Made by a program: the position numbers and the translations under genes. The notes beneath the pieces are model-generated. The model saw nothing but the letters and a program-made list of their open reading frames with translations, ran no database searches and was not told the DNA's origin. From Eledone cirrhosa (taxonomy: Eukaryota): a stretch of DNA of 64,000 bases. This document shows positions 50,070 through 64,000 of this stretch, piece after piece. Position 1 is the first letter of the stretch. Every line of letters starts with the position of its first letter. The stretch spans positions 11,346,001 to 11,410,000 of the forward strand of contig OZ024763.1 in the NCBI GenBank assembly GCA_964016885.1, given 5' to 3'.

Positions 50070-51158
50070 CCTGATCAGCAACCTCAGTTATCAGCCCTCT
50101 TCTATCTATTATAGTTCTCCATTGTGCTGGTGACCTGGTTCTTACAGCTGAATCTGACCTAAAGAAGAAATTCCAGCTTTAGAAACAGAATTTAGAATCA
50201 AAATGGCTTAGAGTAGAGTTGGAAAACCTAAAGTTTTATTAAGTAGGAAAGAAGATAGTGCTCTGATCCAATCAGGAAAGTGGCCTTGCTTGATATATAG
50301 AAAAGAGTAGGCATACACTCTCTACAGTGTACACAAAATCAGAAAACAGCACAGCTCCCATGACTTTCGGAAACATTTTTCATGCTCAGAGTTGCTGAAG
50401 CATGGAACAAACTACCTGCATCAGCTGTTAGCTGCCGGGACACTGCATCCTTTAAAACCTCCTTGCTTCCTGAGATTTGCCAACACTACACCTGATACCC
50501 CGCCTCCATACACACGGACACATGTATATCATGACTCATACACTGTTCACTTTCCTGACATTTATACATTATTCTATGTACTATACATGTACCTTTGATG
50601 AGTTGTAGTGCACCTGAGCACTGTACACAATAATTTCATCATTATTATTTTTAATCTTGGGTACACAAGAGGTGCGATGGGATAGAAGGCAGGCAAACAG
50701 GAAAGGTAGACTTTGTATTCAGCAGATGCACAGAGATGGTTTGTAGTAAGAGTAGGAACAATTCATAGGTAATATATATAACAATGGAGGAATTTAAATG
50801 GAGTTCTGAGAGTAGAGTAACTAGAATAAGAACAGGATAGAAAAGGTGTATGAAGTTACTATGTCTGTTGACAACAAAAGGTTTCTCTCTGTGAACAAAA
50901 GGGTGGCTGTATGATACCAATATATGATGCTTCATGGCAGTGGGACATGAGCAGTAGATGCAGAGGGTATGGGAAGGTTAGAGAAAAATAAAGAGAGCAT
51001 ACCCCGATGGATGTGCAAAGGTAATGTGAGTGAACAATGGAGTGTGGATAAACCAAAAGGAAATCTGATTATAAAAGGGATCAGATGTAGTGTACAGGAG
51101 AGAAGATTGTGTTGGGTTGGAGGATGGTCGTTTAGTTAAGAAGTGCCAAGATGTAAAA
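50070..51158 (+). mobile_element. Old, highly decayed RTE LINE interrupted by a CR1 fragment
   Basis: Remnants SGKWPC, WVHKRC and HGS similar to the 36-37 kb LINE. Confidence 0.6.
50336..50650 (+). mobile_element. CR1-clade LINE 3' end
   Basis: KIRKQHSSHDFRKHFF..RVAEAWNKLPASAV..SFK, ATT-rich tail. Confidence 0.8.
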
Positions 51159-51159
51159 G

Positions 51160-52630
51160 AATGTGGTGCCCCAGAATGGTCAGAGTCTAATGACTGAAAC
51201 CAGTGAAAGAATGTGGTGTCACAACATGGCCACAGTGTAATGAGTGGAACCAGTGAAATATTAGTGCTCCAGCAAGGCCAGAATCTCATAACTGAAATAG
51301 TGCCCCATAGTCAAATGAGTGAAACAAGTACAAGAATGTGGTGCCCCAGCATGGCCACAGTCTAATGAATGACACTAATAAAAGAATAAACTTATGTGGT
51401 GCCCCAGAATGACCACAGTCTAATGACTGAAACCAGTAAAAGAATGTGGCACTCCAGCATGGCCATAGTTAAATGACTGAAACCAGTAAAAGAATGTGGC
51501 ACTCCAGCATGGCCATAGTTAAATGACTGAAGCCAGTAAAAGAATGTGGCACTCCAGCATGGCCACAGTCTAATGACTGAAACCAGTAAAATAATGTGGC
51601 ACTCCAGCATGGCCACAGTCTAATGACTGAAGCCAGTAAAAGAATGTGGCACTCCAGCATGGCCATAGTTAAATGACTGAAGCCAGTAAAGGAATGTGGT
51701 GCCCCAGAATGGCCACAGTCTAATGACTGAAGCCAGTAAAGGAATGTGGTGCCCCAGAATGGCCACAGTCTAATGACTGAAACCAGTAAAAGAATGTGGC
51801 ACTCCAGCATGGCCATAGTTAAATGACTGAAGCCAGTAAAGGAATGTGGTGCCCCAGAATGGCAATAGTCTAATGACTGAAACCAGTAAAAGAATGTGGT
51901 GCCCCAGAATGGCCATAGTTAAATGACTGAAACCAGTAACAGAATGTGGCACTCCAGCATGGCCACAGTCTAATGACTGAAACCAGTAAAAGAATGTGGC
52001 ACTCCAGCATGGCCATAGTTAAATGACTGAAACCAGTAAAAGAATGTGGCACTCCAGCATGGCCATAGTTAAATGACTGAAGCCAGTAAAAGAATGTGGC
52101 ACTCCAGCATGGCCACAGTCTAATGACTGAAACCAGTAAAATAATGTGGCACTCCAGCATGGCCACAGTCTAATGACTGAAGCCAGTAAAAGAATGTGGC
52201 ACTCCAGCATGGCCATAGTTAAATGACTGAAGCCAGTAAAGGAATGTGGTGCCCCAGAATGGCCACAGTCTAATGACTGAAGCCAGTAAAGGAATGTGGT
52301 GCCCCAGAATGGCCACAGTCTAATGACTGAAACCAGTAAAAGAATGTGGCACTCCAGCATGGCCATAGTTAAATGACTGAAGCCAGTAAAGGAATGTGGT
52401 GCCCCAGAATGGCCATAGTCTAATGACTGAAACCAGTAAAAGAATGTGGTGCCCCAGAATGGCCATAGTTAAATGACTGAAACCAGTAACAGAATGTGGC
52501 ACTCCAGCATGGCCACAGTCTAATGACTGAAACCAGTAAAAGAATGTGGCACTCCAGCATGGCCATAGTTAAATGACTGAAACCAGTAAAAGAATGTGGC
52601 ACTCCAGCATGGCCATAGTTAAATGACCAC
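51160..52630. repeat. 50-bp minisatellite with 550-bp (11-mer) higher-order duplication
   Basis: unit gtggcactccagcatggccatagttaaatgactgaaaccagtaaaagaat; identical ORFs 550 bp apart. Confidence 0.95.
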
Positions 52631-53019
52631 TAAAAGAATAGAACCATAAAAAAGTGTGAAAGTATGAAAGGATGTTATGTGAGATCAACCATTGTATCAC
52701 AAGATATTATAGTGAAAAGTGCAAATGAAATTTATAGAAAAGATGTTTCAATGTTTGGTTGGTAAAATTTATTATTCCCAAGTGTATATAAATCAAATAT
52801 CGATTGTAATATATATATATATATATATATGGATATATACATATATATTTATATCTATGTATAAAAAACCGTCTATCAATCTATCTATCTATCTATCTAT
52901 CTATATATATATATATAGATAGATAGATAGATAGATAGACGGTACATATATATATATATATATGTACATGCATATATATATATATATATATGATGGCTGC
53001 CCCCTTGTTATCGAGTATG

Positions 53020-53054
<35 letters not shown>

Positions 53055-53524
53055 ACATACATATATACATATGTATATATATATATATATATATATATTT
53101 ATTTATCTATCTATATACATATGCATATATATATATTTGTATATATATAATATAATATATATATATATATTTCTATATATATAATTACAAACATACGCGA
53201 ATGCACACACACACATATATATATGCATATATATACACACACACACACACACATATAGATATAGATATATATAGAGAGAGATATAGGTAGATATAAATAT
53301 ATATGTAGATATGATATCGATATTTTAAAGATAACACGGAAGATAAGGCAAATGTTTACACAATTCTACAGAAAAAGTCCTAAACAACTCCACTGTTTTA
53401 TTGTCTTGTGAAGAATTAATGGTTTGGTTTTAACATTATAGCACCATTAAAATGGTAGCTACTCTTTACCATTGACACCATTCAATAGAACTGCTGTTTA
53501 ATTATGGCATTATATCAGTGGAGC

Positions 53525-54118
53525 AGTGTGGTGGTTGGTGGTTGTTGGTGGTGGTGGTGGTGGTTGGTGGTGGTTGGTATTGTAGTGGTGGTGGTGGTGG
53601 TTGGTAGTGGTGGTGGTGGTGGTGGTTGGTAGTGGTGGTGGTGGTGGTGGTGGTTGGTAGTGTGGTTGGTGGTGGTGGTTGGTAGTGGTGGTGGTGGTGG
53701 TGGTGGTTGGTAGTGTGGTTGGTGGTGGTGGTTGGTGGTGGTTGGTATTGTAGTGGTGGTGGTGGTGGTTGGTAGTGGTGGTGGTTGGTGGTTGGTGGTG
53801 GTTGTTGGTATTGTGGTGGTGGTGGTGGTTGGTATTGTGGTGGTGGTGGTTGGTATTGTAGTGGTGGTGGTGATGGTTGTAGTAGTGATGGTGGTAGTGG
53901 TGGTGGAGGTTGTTGGTGGTTGTGATGGTTGGCGGTTATGGCTGTGGTGGGAGGGAGTACAGTTGTTGTTGATAGTGGTGGTGGTGGTGGTGGTGGTGTT
54001 TGGTGGTAGGGGTGGTTACTGTGGTGGTCTGGTTGTGGCTGTGGTTATGGTGGGGGTGACGGGTGGTGATGGTGGGGTGGTGGTGGTGAGGGATGGTAGT
54101 GGTTGTGCTGTTGGTAGT
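53525..54118. repeat. (GGT)n-rich microsatellite
   Basis: direct inspection. Confidence 0.9.
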
Positions 54119-54180
54119 TTTGTTAATGTTGGTGCTAAAGTCATTAGTCATCTTACTAGTGCCTTAGTAATCTATTGAAG

Positions 54181-54422
54181 TTAACCCTATTCATACCAAT
54201 CCACCTGAAACCACCCTTGGTTCTTTGACACCAAACTGTTTATTTTAAACTTTATATCTATCAAACAAAACCTTACATCTTAATTCATGGAGAAAATTTC
54301 TCATGTTCTAAACAGCAAACAGATATTAAGAAAGTTAGTTATATACTACTAAATCCCTTAAAATCCAAGGGTTAATGACATAGCAGTGTCTTTCATTAGA
54401 AATATGGTAATGAAAGGGTTAA
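54181..54422. mobile_element. MITE family B whose right end seeds a 48-bp array
   Basis: TTAAccctattcatacc...gaaagggTTAA. Confidence 0.7.
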
Positions 54423-55108
54423 TGACATAGACAGTGTCTTTCATTAGAAATATGGTAATGAAAGGGTTAATGACATAGCAGTGTCTTTCATTAGATATAT
54501 GGTAATGAAAGGGTTAATGACATAGACAGTGTCTTTCATTAGAAATATGGTAATGAAAGGGTTAAAGACATAGACAGTGTCTTTCATTAGATATATGGTA
54601 GTGAAAGGGTTAAAGACATAGACAGTGTCTTTCATTAGATATATGGTAATGAAAGGGTTAAAGACATATACAGTGTCTTTCATTAGATATATGGTAGTGA
54701 AAGGGTTAATGACATAGACAGTGTCTTTCATTAGATATATGGTAGTGAAAGGGTTAAAGACATAGACAGTGTCTTTCATTAGATATATGGTAATGAAAGG
54801 GTTAAAGACATATACAGTGTCTTTCATTAGATATATGGTAGTGAAAGGGTTAATGACATAGACAGTGTCTTTCATTAGAAATATGGTAATGAAAGGGTTA
54901 ATGACATATACAGTGTCTTTCATTAGAAATATTGTAATGAAAGGGTTAATGACATAGACAGTGTCTTTCATTAGATATATGGTAATGAAAGGGTTAATGA
55001 CATAGGCAGTGTCTTTCATTAGAAATATGGTAATGAAAGGGTTAATGACATAGACAGTGTCTTTCATTAGAAATATGGTAATGAAATGGTTAATGACATA
55101 GACAGTGT
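54367..55108. repeat. 48-bp minisatellite, about 15 copies
   Basis: aagggttaatgacatagacagtgtctttcattagaaatatggtaatga. Confidence 0.95.
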
Positions 55109-55125
55109 ATTTCATCTTGTGGATT

Positions 55126-57512
55126 GTCACCCATCTTGTGGATTGTCTCTCTGTTGACCACTGGTCACTGGTCTCTGTTGTCCGATGCATTATATTTCAT
55201 CTACCTGTCACCCAACTTGTGGATTGTCTCTCTCTTGACCACTGGCCCCTGGTCTCTGTTGTCCGAGGCATTATATTTCATCTACCTGTCACCCACCTTG
55301 TGGATTGTCTCTCTCTTGACCACTGGCCCCTGGTCTCTGTTGTCCGATGCATTATATTTCATCTACCTGTCACCCAACTTGTGGATTGTCTCTCTCTTGA
55401 CCACTGGCCCCTGGTCTCTGTTGTCCGAGGCATTATATTTCATCTACCTGTCACCCAACTTGTGGATTGTCTCTCTCTTGACCACTGGCCCCTGGTCTCT
55501 GTTGTCCGAGGCATTATATTTCATCTACCTGTCACCCACCTTGTGGATTGTCTCTCTCTTGACCACTGGCCCCTGGTCTCTGTTGTCCGATGCATTATAT
55601 TTCATCTACCTGTCACCCAACTTGTGGATTGTCTCTCTCTTGACCACTGGCCCCTGGTCTCTGTTGTCCGATGCATTATATTTCATCTACCTGTCACCCA
55701 ACTTGTGGATTGTCTCTCTCTTGACCACTGGCCCCTGGTCTCTGTTGTCCGATGCATTATATTTCATCTACCTGTCACCCAACTTGTGGATTGTCTCTCT
55801 CTTGACCACTGGTCACTGGTCTCTGTTGTCCGAGGCATTATATTTCATCTACCTGTCACCCACCTTGTGGATTGTCTCTCTCTTGACCACTGGCCCCTGG
55901 TCTCTGTTGTCCGAGGCATTATATTTCATCTACCTGTCACCCAACTTGTGGATTGTCTCTCTCTTGACCACTGGTCACTGGTCTCTGTTGTCCGAGGCAT
56001 TATATTTCATCTACCTGTCACCCAACTTGTGGATTGTCTCTCTCTTGACCACTGGTCACTGGTCTCTGTTGTCCGAGGCATTATATTTCATCTACCTGTC
56101 ACCCAACTTGTGGATTGTCTCTCTCTTGACCACTGGTCACTGGTCTCTGTTGTCCGAGGCATTATATTTCATCTACATGTCACCCAACTTGTGGATTGTC
56201 TCTCTCTTGACCACTGGTCACTGGTCTCTGTTGTCCGAGGCATTATATTTCATCTACCTGTCACCCAACTTGTGGATTGTCTCTCTCTTGACCACTGGTC
56301 ACTGGTCTCTGTTGTCCGAGGCATTATATTTCATCTACCTGTCACCCAACTTGTGGATTGTCTCTCTCTTGACCACTGGTCACTGGTCTCTGTTGTCCGA
56401 GGCATTATATTTCATCTACCTGTCACCCAACTTGTGGATTGTCTCTCTCTTGACCACTGGTCACTGGTCTCTGTTGTCCGAGGCATTATATTTCATCTAC
56501 CTGTCACCCAACTTGTGGATTGTCTCTCTCTTGACCACTGGCCCCTGGTCTCTGTTGTCCGAGGCATTATATTTCATCTACCTGTCACCCAACTTGTGGA
56601 TTGTCTCTCTCTTGACCACTGGTCACTGGTCTCTGTTGTCCGAGGCATTATATTTCATCTACCTGTCACCCAACTTGTGGATTGTCTCTCTCTTGACCAC
56701 TGGTCACTGGTCTCTGTTGTCCGAGGCATTATATTTCATCTACCTGTCACCCAACTTGTGGATTGTCTCTCTCTTGACCACTGGTCACTGGTCTCTGTTG
56801 TCCGAGGCATTATATTTCATCTACCTGTCACCCAACTTGTGGATTGTCTCTCTCTTGACCACTGGTCACTGGTCTCTGTTGTCCGAGGCATTATATTTCA
56901 TCTACCTGTCACCCAACTTGTGGATTGTCTCTCTCTTGACCACTGGTCACTGGTCTCTGTTGTCCGAGGCATTATATTTCATCTACCTGTCACCCAACTT
57001 GTGGATTGTCTCTCTCTTGACCACTGGTCACTGGTCTCTGTTGTCCGAGGCATTATATTTCATCTACCTGTCACCCAACTTGTGGATTGTCTCTCTCTTG
57101 ACCACTGGTCACTGGTCTCTGTTGTCAGAGGCATTATATTTCATCTACCTGTCACCCATCTTGTGGATTGTCTCTCTGTTGACCACTGGTCACTGGTCTC
57201 TGTTGTCAGAGGCATTATATTTCATCTACCTGTCACCCACCTTGTGGATTGTCTCTCTGTTGACCACTGGTCACTGGTCTCTGTTGTCAGAGGCATTATA
57301 TTTCATCTACCTGTCACCCACCTTGTGGATTGTCTCTCTGTTGACCACTGGTCACTGGTCTCTGTTGTCAGAGGCATTATATTTCATCTACCTGTCACCC
57401 ATCTTGTGGATTGTCTCTCTCTTGACCACTGGTCACTGGTCTCTGTTGTCAGAGGCATTATATTTCATCTACCTGTCACCCATCTTGTGGATTGTCTCTC
57501 TGTTGACCACTG
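55126..57512. repeat. 81-bp minisatellite, about 29 copies
   Basis: 27-aa periodicity in two ORF frames. Confidence 0.97.
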
Positions 57513-58099
57513 CTCTCTGTCCACTCAGTCATTTTGCCCCTTGCTGTCTTTGACAGTTGTTCTAGAGATGAGTTTTCTCATTGTTATCTATATTCAAATA
57601 AACTCTTGCTTCGTCTCAGAGACAACATCCTTTCTCCATTAATGAATCCTGTCCAAGAATTTGCCTCAATTTTATCCTACTTCAACATAATATTTAAAAA
57701 AAGGATCTTCATCACTGGCTATGATGAGTGTCCCAGTTGTTCAGTCAATGGAAGAGCCTGCTCAGGAAATAAATATGTATGTGGCTGAGTATTCCACAGA
57801 TACATGTACCATTAATATCATTTTCAGGGAGATTCAGTATGCCACAGTGTGTGACATGGCTGACCCTTTGAATTACAGGTACAGTCTATTGTACAGGCTT
57901 CCAAACAGTCTCTGTCTACCCAATTCCACTCACAAGACACAGGTTGGCCTGATGTTATAGTAAATAACACTAAGATATCACACTGTGGGATGGAACCTGT
58001 GGGATATCACACTGTGGGATGGAACCTGGGACCTCGTGGGTGGGAAGTGGACTTCTTAACTACTTGGTTATACCATGTGTGCACATACATACCACACAC

Positions 58100-58148
<49 letters not shown>

Positions 58149-58218
58149 CATACACACATATACATACATACCACACACATATATATATATATATACACGC
58201 CACACACATATATATATA

Positions 58219-58560
58219 ATCATCATCATACGTCCGCTTTTCCCTGCTTGCAAGGGTGGGACGGGTCTTATTCAGCACATCATCTCTCCACTTGTCACGG
58301 TCCCTCGTCATCTCCACCGTGAGCTTCAATGATCTGAGGTCTGTTCTCACCACCTCCGCCCATGTTTTTCGTGGTCTACCTCTACCACGTCTTCCTTCAA
58401 CTGGCATTTCCTGGCACTTCTTCACCCATCGGTCATCCTCCATGCGCATCACATGTCCACACCACCTCAGTCTCCTCTCCCGTACACTACATTCTATCCC
58501 TCTCAGACACAGTTTCTCTCTCAACACATTTATGCTGGGTCGTTCACACACATTTACACC
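58219..58560 (-). mobile_element. RTE LINE 3' fragment whose end is shared with SINE family A
   Basis: [50 protein letters not shown]; (GAT)n. Confidence 0.92.
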
Positions 58561-58597
58561 TATATATATATATATACACACATATATATATACATAC

Positions 58598-58641
<44 letters not shown>

Positions 58642-58830
58642 CACACATATACATACATACCACACACACATATATATATATATACATACACACATATACA
58701 TACATACCACACATATATATATATATATACACACACACATATATATATATATACATACATATATATACACATACCACACACATATATATATATATATATA
58801 TACACACACATATATATATACATACCACAC

Positions 58831-58861
<31 letters not shown>

Positions 58862-59257
58862 TACATACCACACATATATATATATAGATATATATATATA
58901 CACACATATATATATACATACCATACATATATATACATATACATACACACATATATATATACATACCACACATATATATACATACACACATATATATATA
59001 TACATACACACATATATATACATACCACACATATACATACATACACACATATATATATATACATACACACATATATATACATACCACACATATACATACA
59101 TACACACATATATATACATACCACACATATACATACCACACATATATACATACACACATATATATATATATATACACCACACATATATATATATATACCA
59201 CACATACATACATACCACACACACATATATATATATACCACACACATATATATATAC

Positions 59258-59317
<60 letters not shown>

Positions 59318-59778
59318 ACACATATATATATACCACACATATACACACACATACACATGTACACACAGCATGTACACACCACACCATACACATACACATA
59401 CCATACACAGACCACACACTACACACCACACACACACACACCATACACACTACCCACAGCATATATACACCATACACACACTACACACCAGACACCACAC
59501 ACTACACACTCCACACCATACACACTACACACCACACACACCACACACACCACACACTACACACATACACGCACTGCACACCATACACACCACACACACT
59601 ACACACACCACACACACCACACACACCACACATACACGCACTGCACACCATACACACCACACGCACTACACACACCACACACCATACACACCACACACAC
59701 CATACACACCACACACTACACACACCACACACTACACACACCACACACTATACATACACCACACACACACTACACACC
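58561..59778. repeat. (TA)/(CA) compound microsatellite
   Basis: direct inspection. Confidence 0.92.
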
Positions 59779-60014
59779 ATTGAAGTAAAGTTTGACTAAG
59801 CTAAGTTTTTGTTGTAATTGTCTCCTCTAATGTGTCTAAACAGTTTACCATTATCTTGTCACATCTGTTGCTATCAACAACCAATTGTAGATTCTCATTA
59901 AATATTCTTGATATAAACATCTTTCTTATCAACACAACATTTCATCACAGGTGGGGAAAATGTCTTAATTTGTTTAAACAAAGTATTTAAAAAAAAATAA
60001 ACTAAGAGTGCTCT

Positions 60015-60015
<1 letters not shown>

Positions 60016-60059
<44 letters not shown>

Positions 60060-60632
60060 GTCATCAACATCATCATTTTACGTCCGCTTTTCCCTGCTTG
60101 CAAGGGTGGGACGGGAACTGATTCTGGCTTGATTTCTACAGCTGGATGCCCTTCCTAACACCAACCTCATTTACAGTGAGTGCTGGGTGCTTTTTTGCCG
60201 TGGCACCTACACGACCACTTTACAGTGGAATGTAATGGACCCCAGTCCCTATCATCTCATTTCTACAGCTGGATGCCCTTCCTAACACAAACCTCATTAC
60301 AGTGTGGGCTGGGTGCTTTCTTTTCAGTGGCGCCTCCACGTCCACTTTGAAGTGGGGGATGGGTGCTTCTTTTGCCGTGGCACCTCCACGACCACTTTTA
60401 GAGTGTGGGCTGGATGCTTTTTTGCCGTGGCACCTCCACGACTACTTTTACAGTGTGCGCTGGGTGCTTTTTTGCCGTGGCACCTCCATGACCACTTTAC
60501 AGTGTGGGCTGGGTGCTTTTTTTGCCGTGGCACCTCTACGACCACTTTACAGTGTGGGCTGGGTGCTTTTTTTGCCGTGGCACCTCTACGACCACTTTAC
60601 AGTGTGGGCTGGGTGCTTTTTTTGCCGTGGCC
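60016..60632 (-). mobile_element. SINE family A 3' part with tandem expansion of its internal module
   Basis: tail plus repeated ccactttacagtgtgggctgggtgcttttttgccgtggcacct. Confidence 0.85.
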
Positions 60633-60766
60633 ACTAATATTATTGTAACATTTTTTATTTCTTGTCCAATTCTTTAAAGTTTTATCTTAGTTTCTTGTCC
60701 TGTATTTTTAAAGGTTTATATTCCAACAATATTACTTTTTTTTGCTGTACGCATTTTTCTATCTGG

Positions 60767-62785
<2,019 letters not shown>

Positions 62786-63084
62786 AGACTTTTCTTTAAA
62801 AATTATCTCTTGTGTATTTAATATAATACAGAGATTTAAAATGATTGAAAAATATTTTAATCTTTTCCTCAAACAAACAGGAATACCATCGAAAATATGA
62901 TTGTGGACATTATTCTAAGAATAGGGCATCATGGCATTCATACTGCTAGCTATGCTGGAGAGAAATCTTACAAATATCATTAACCCTTTCCTTCCCAACC
63001 TACCAAAACCCACACCTCCTTCTAAGAAATAAAACCACCCATTTTTAAGGGTTCCTGCATAAATTAAAATTTTCCAACATAATT

Positions 63085-63283
63085 TTGTTCATGGATGATG
63101 GACGGCAGGAAGCTGAATTTAGAGCAAATATTGCAACAGCTGCTGAAGTGATGCACCAGCTTCAGCATTCGGTAATCAGAAAAAGAGAAGTAGGAATAAA
63201 AGTCAAACTTGCTATCTTAAATTCGGTAATGGTACCAACCCTTACCTATGTTCATGAGCCTTGGATAATGACTGAAAGAATAC
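63085..63283 (+). mobile_element. RTE (Rex3/Expander-like) LINE fragment
   Basis: KREVGIKVKLAILNSVMVPTLTYVHEPWIMTERI. Confidence 0.78.
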
Positions 63284-63289
63284 ATGGGC

Positions 63290-63455
63290 CCAGCACTAGG
63301 TGTCAATAATTGTCACAAGTGTAGTGTTTGTACCAGAGTTTTCAAGGCGCTGGCTGGACTAAAAAGTCACACTCGTTCAGCGCATCGGTAGGGGTTCTCC
63401 TACATGGATATAAAGTAGTGGCTTTACTCGAAAACGAGTTGACAGCCACCATGTT
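63290..63455 (+). mobile_element. RTE-BovB-like LINE 3' end with C2H2 motif and (TATG)n tail
   Basis: HKCSVCTRVFKALAGLKSHTRSAHR* at 63290-63391. Confidence 0.65.
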
Positions 63456-63521
63456 TGTATGTATGTTTGTATGTATGTATGTATGTATGTTTATATGTAT
63501 GTATATGTGTATGTTTGTATG

Positions 63522-63967
63522 TTATCTCTTTCTCTTAATTTCGAGTATATTTTTTTGAGCAGCCACCTTCCTGGTGTCAAGGTTGTAAAAGAAAAGAAAT
63601 TGTCATCCCTTGAATTGCAAGAATGTTTTGCTATTTTGAAGGTGCCAGCTATCGCAACCATTTGTAGACTATGAAATAGGGAGCTGCGCTCTTTGTCCGC
63701 AAATCCAAGTTCAGTCATACTTTGGTCCAAGCGGGTTGGTATATAATCCGTAGCTCCAATAATGATGGGTATGAAGCTAAAGATGTATCTTGGATACTGG
63801 ATTTGTAAACTCCTCATCAATGGTCCGTAGATGTCCTCCTTCTCCTGTATTTTCTGACAACTTTTACATCAAGTGGGCAGCTGATCTCCACAACAGAACA
63901 CGTTTTCAATGTGTGGTCCCAATCAACAATATCAAGCCGGTTGTGCTTTAATTTGGTGGCAGTTTTG
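63522..63967 (-). mobile_element. 3' end of a restriction-like-endonuclease non-LTR retrotransposon (R4/Dong-like)
   Basis: KHNRLDIVDWD..CSVVEISCPLD..EKEDIYGPL..FIPIIIGA; frameshifted. Confidence 0.8.
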
Positions 63968-64000
63968 TATGTATGTATGTTTGTATGTATGTATGTTTGT

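Noticed and set aside
63290-63391. Host C2H2 zinc-finger gene exon
   Set aside because: Single finger followed by stop, short UTR and microsatellite tail, typical of an RTE C-terminus.

Overview
Eukaryotic, AT- and microsatellite-rich animal DNA. The repeat families look like those of an octopod cephalopod (inferred from recognisable SINE/LINE types). The first 26.3 kb holds one plus-strand spliced gene, a Golgin subfamily A member 3 (GOLGA3/golgin-160) homologue. I reconstructed it by hand as 13 GT-AG exons with consistent phases, about 1600 aa if the ATG at 253 is the start. The rest of the window and the introns are a mosaic of RTE, CR1 and RLE-type LINE fragments, two tRNA-derived SINE families, TTAA-flanked MITEs, a dead Tc1/mariner and many minisatellites, most of which trace to pieces of these TEs. 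The most unusual signal is a set of short non-coding, often fold-back (palindromic) elements carrying minimal type I hammerhead-ribozyme motifs (CUGAUGA-stem II-GAAA-palindromic stem III-NUH next to AATAAA). Stem II differs in sequence between copies but still pairs, which suggests Penelope-like pseudo-LTR-derived elements. Nearly all long ORFs in the track outside the gene and LINEs are repeat artefacts.
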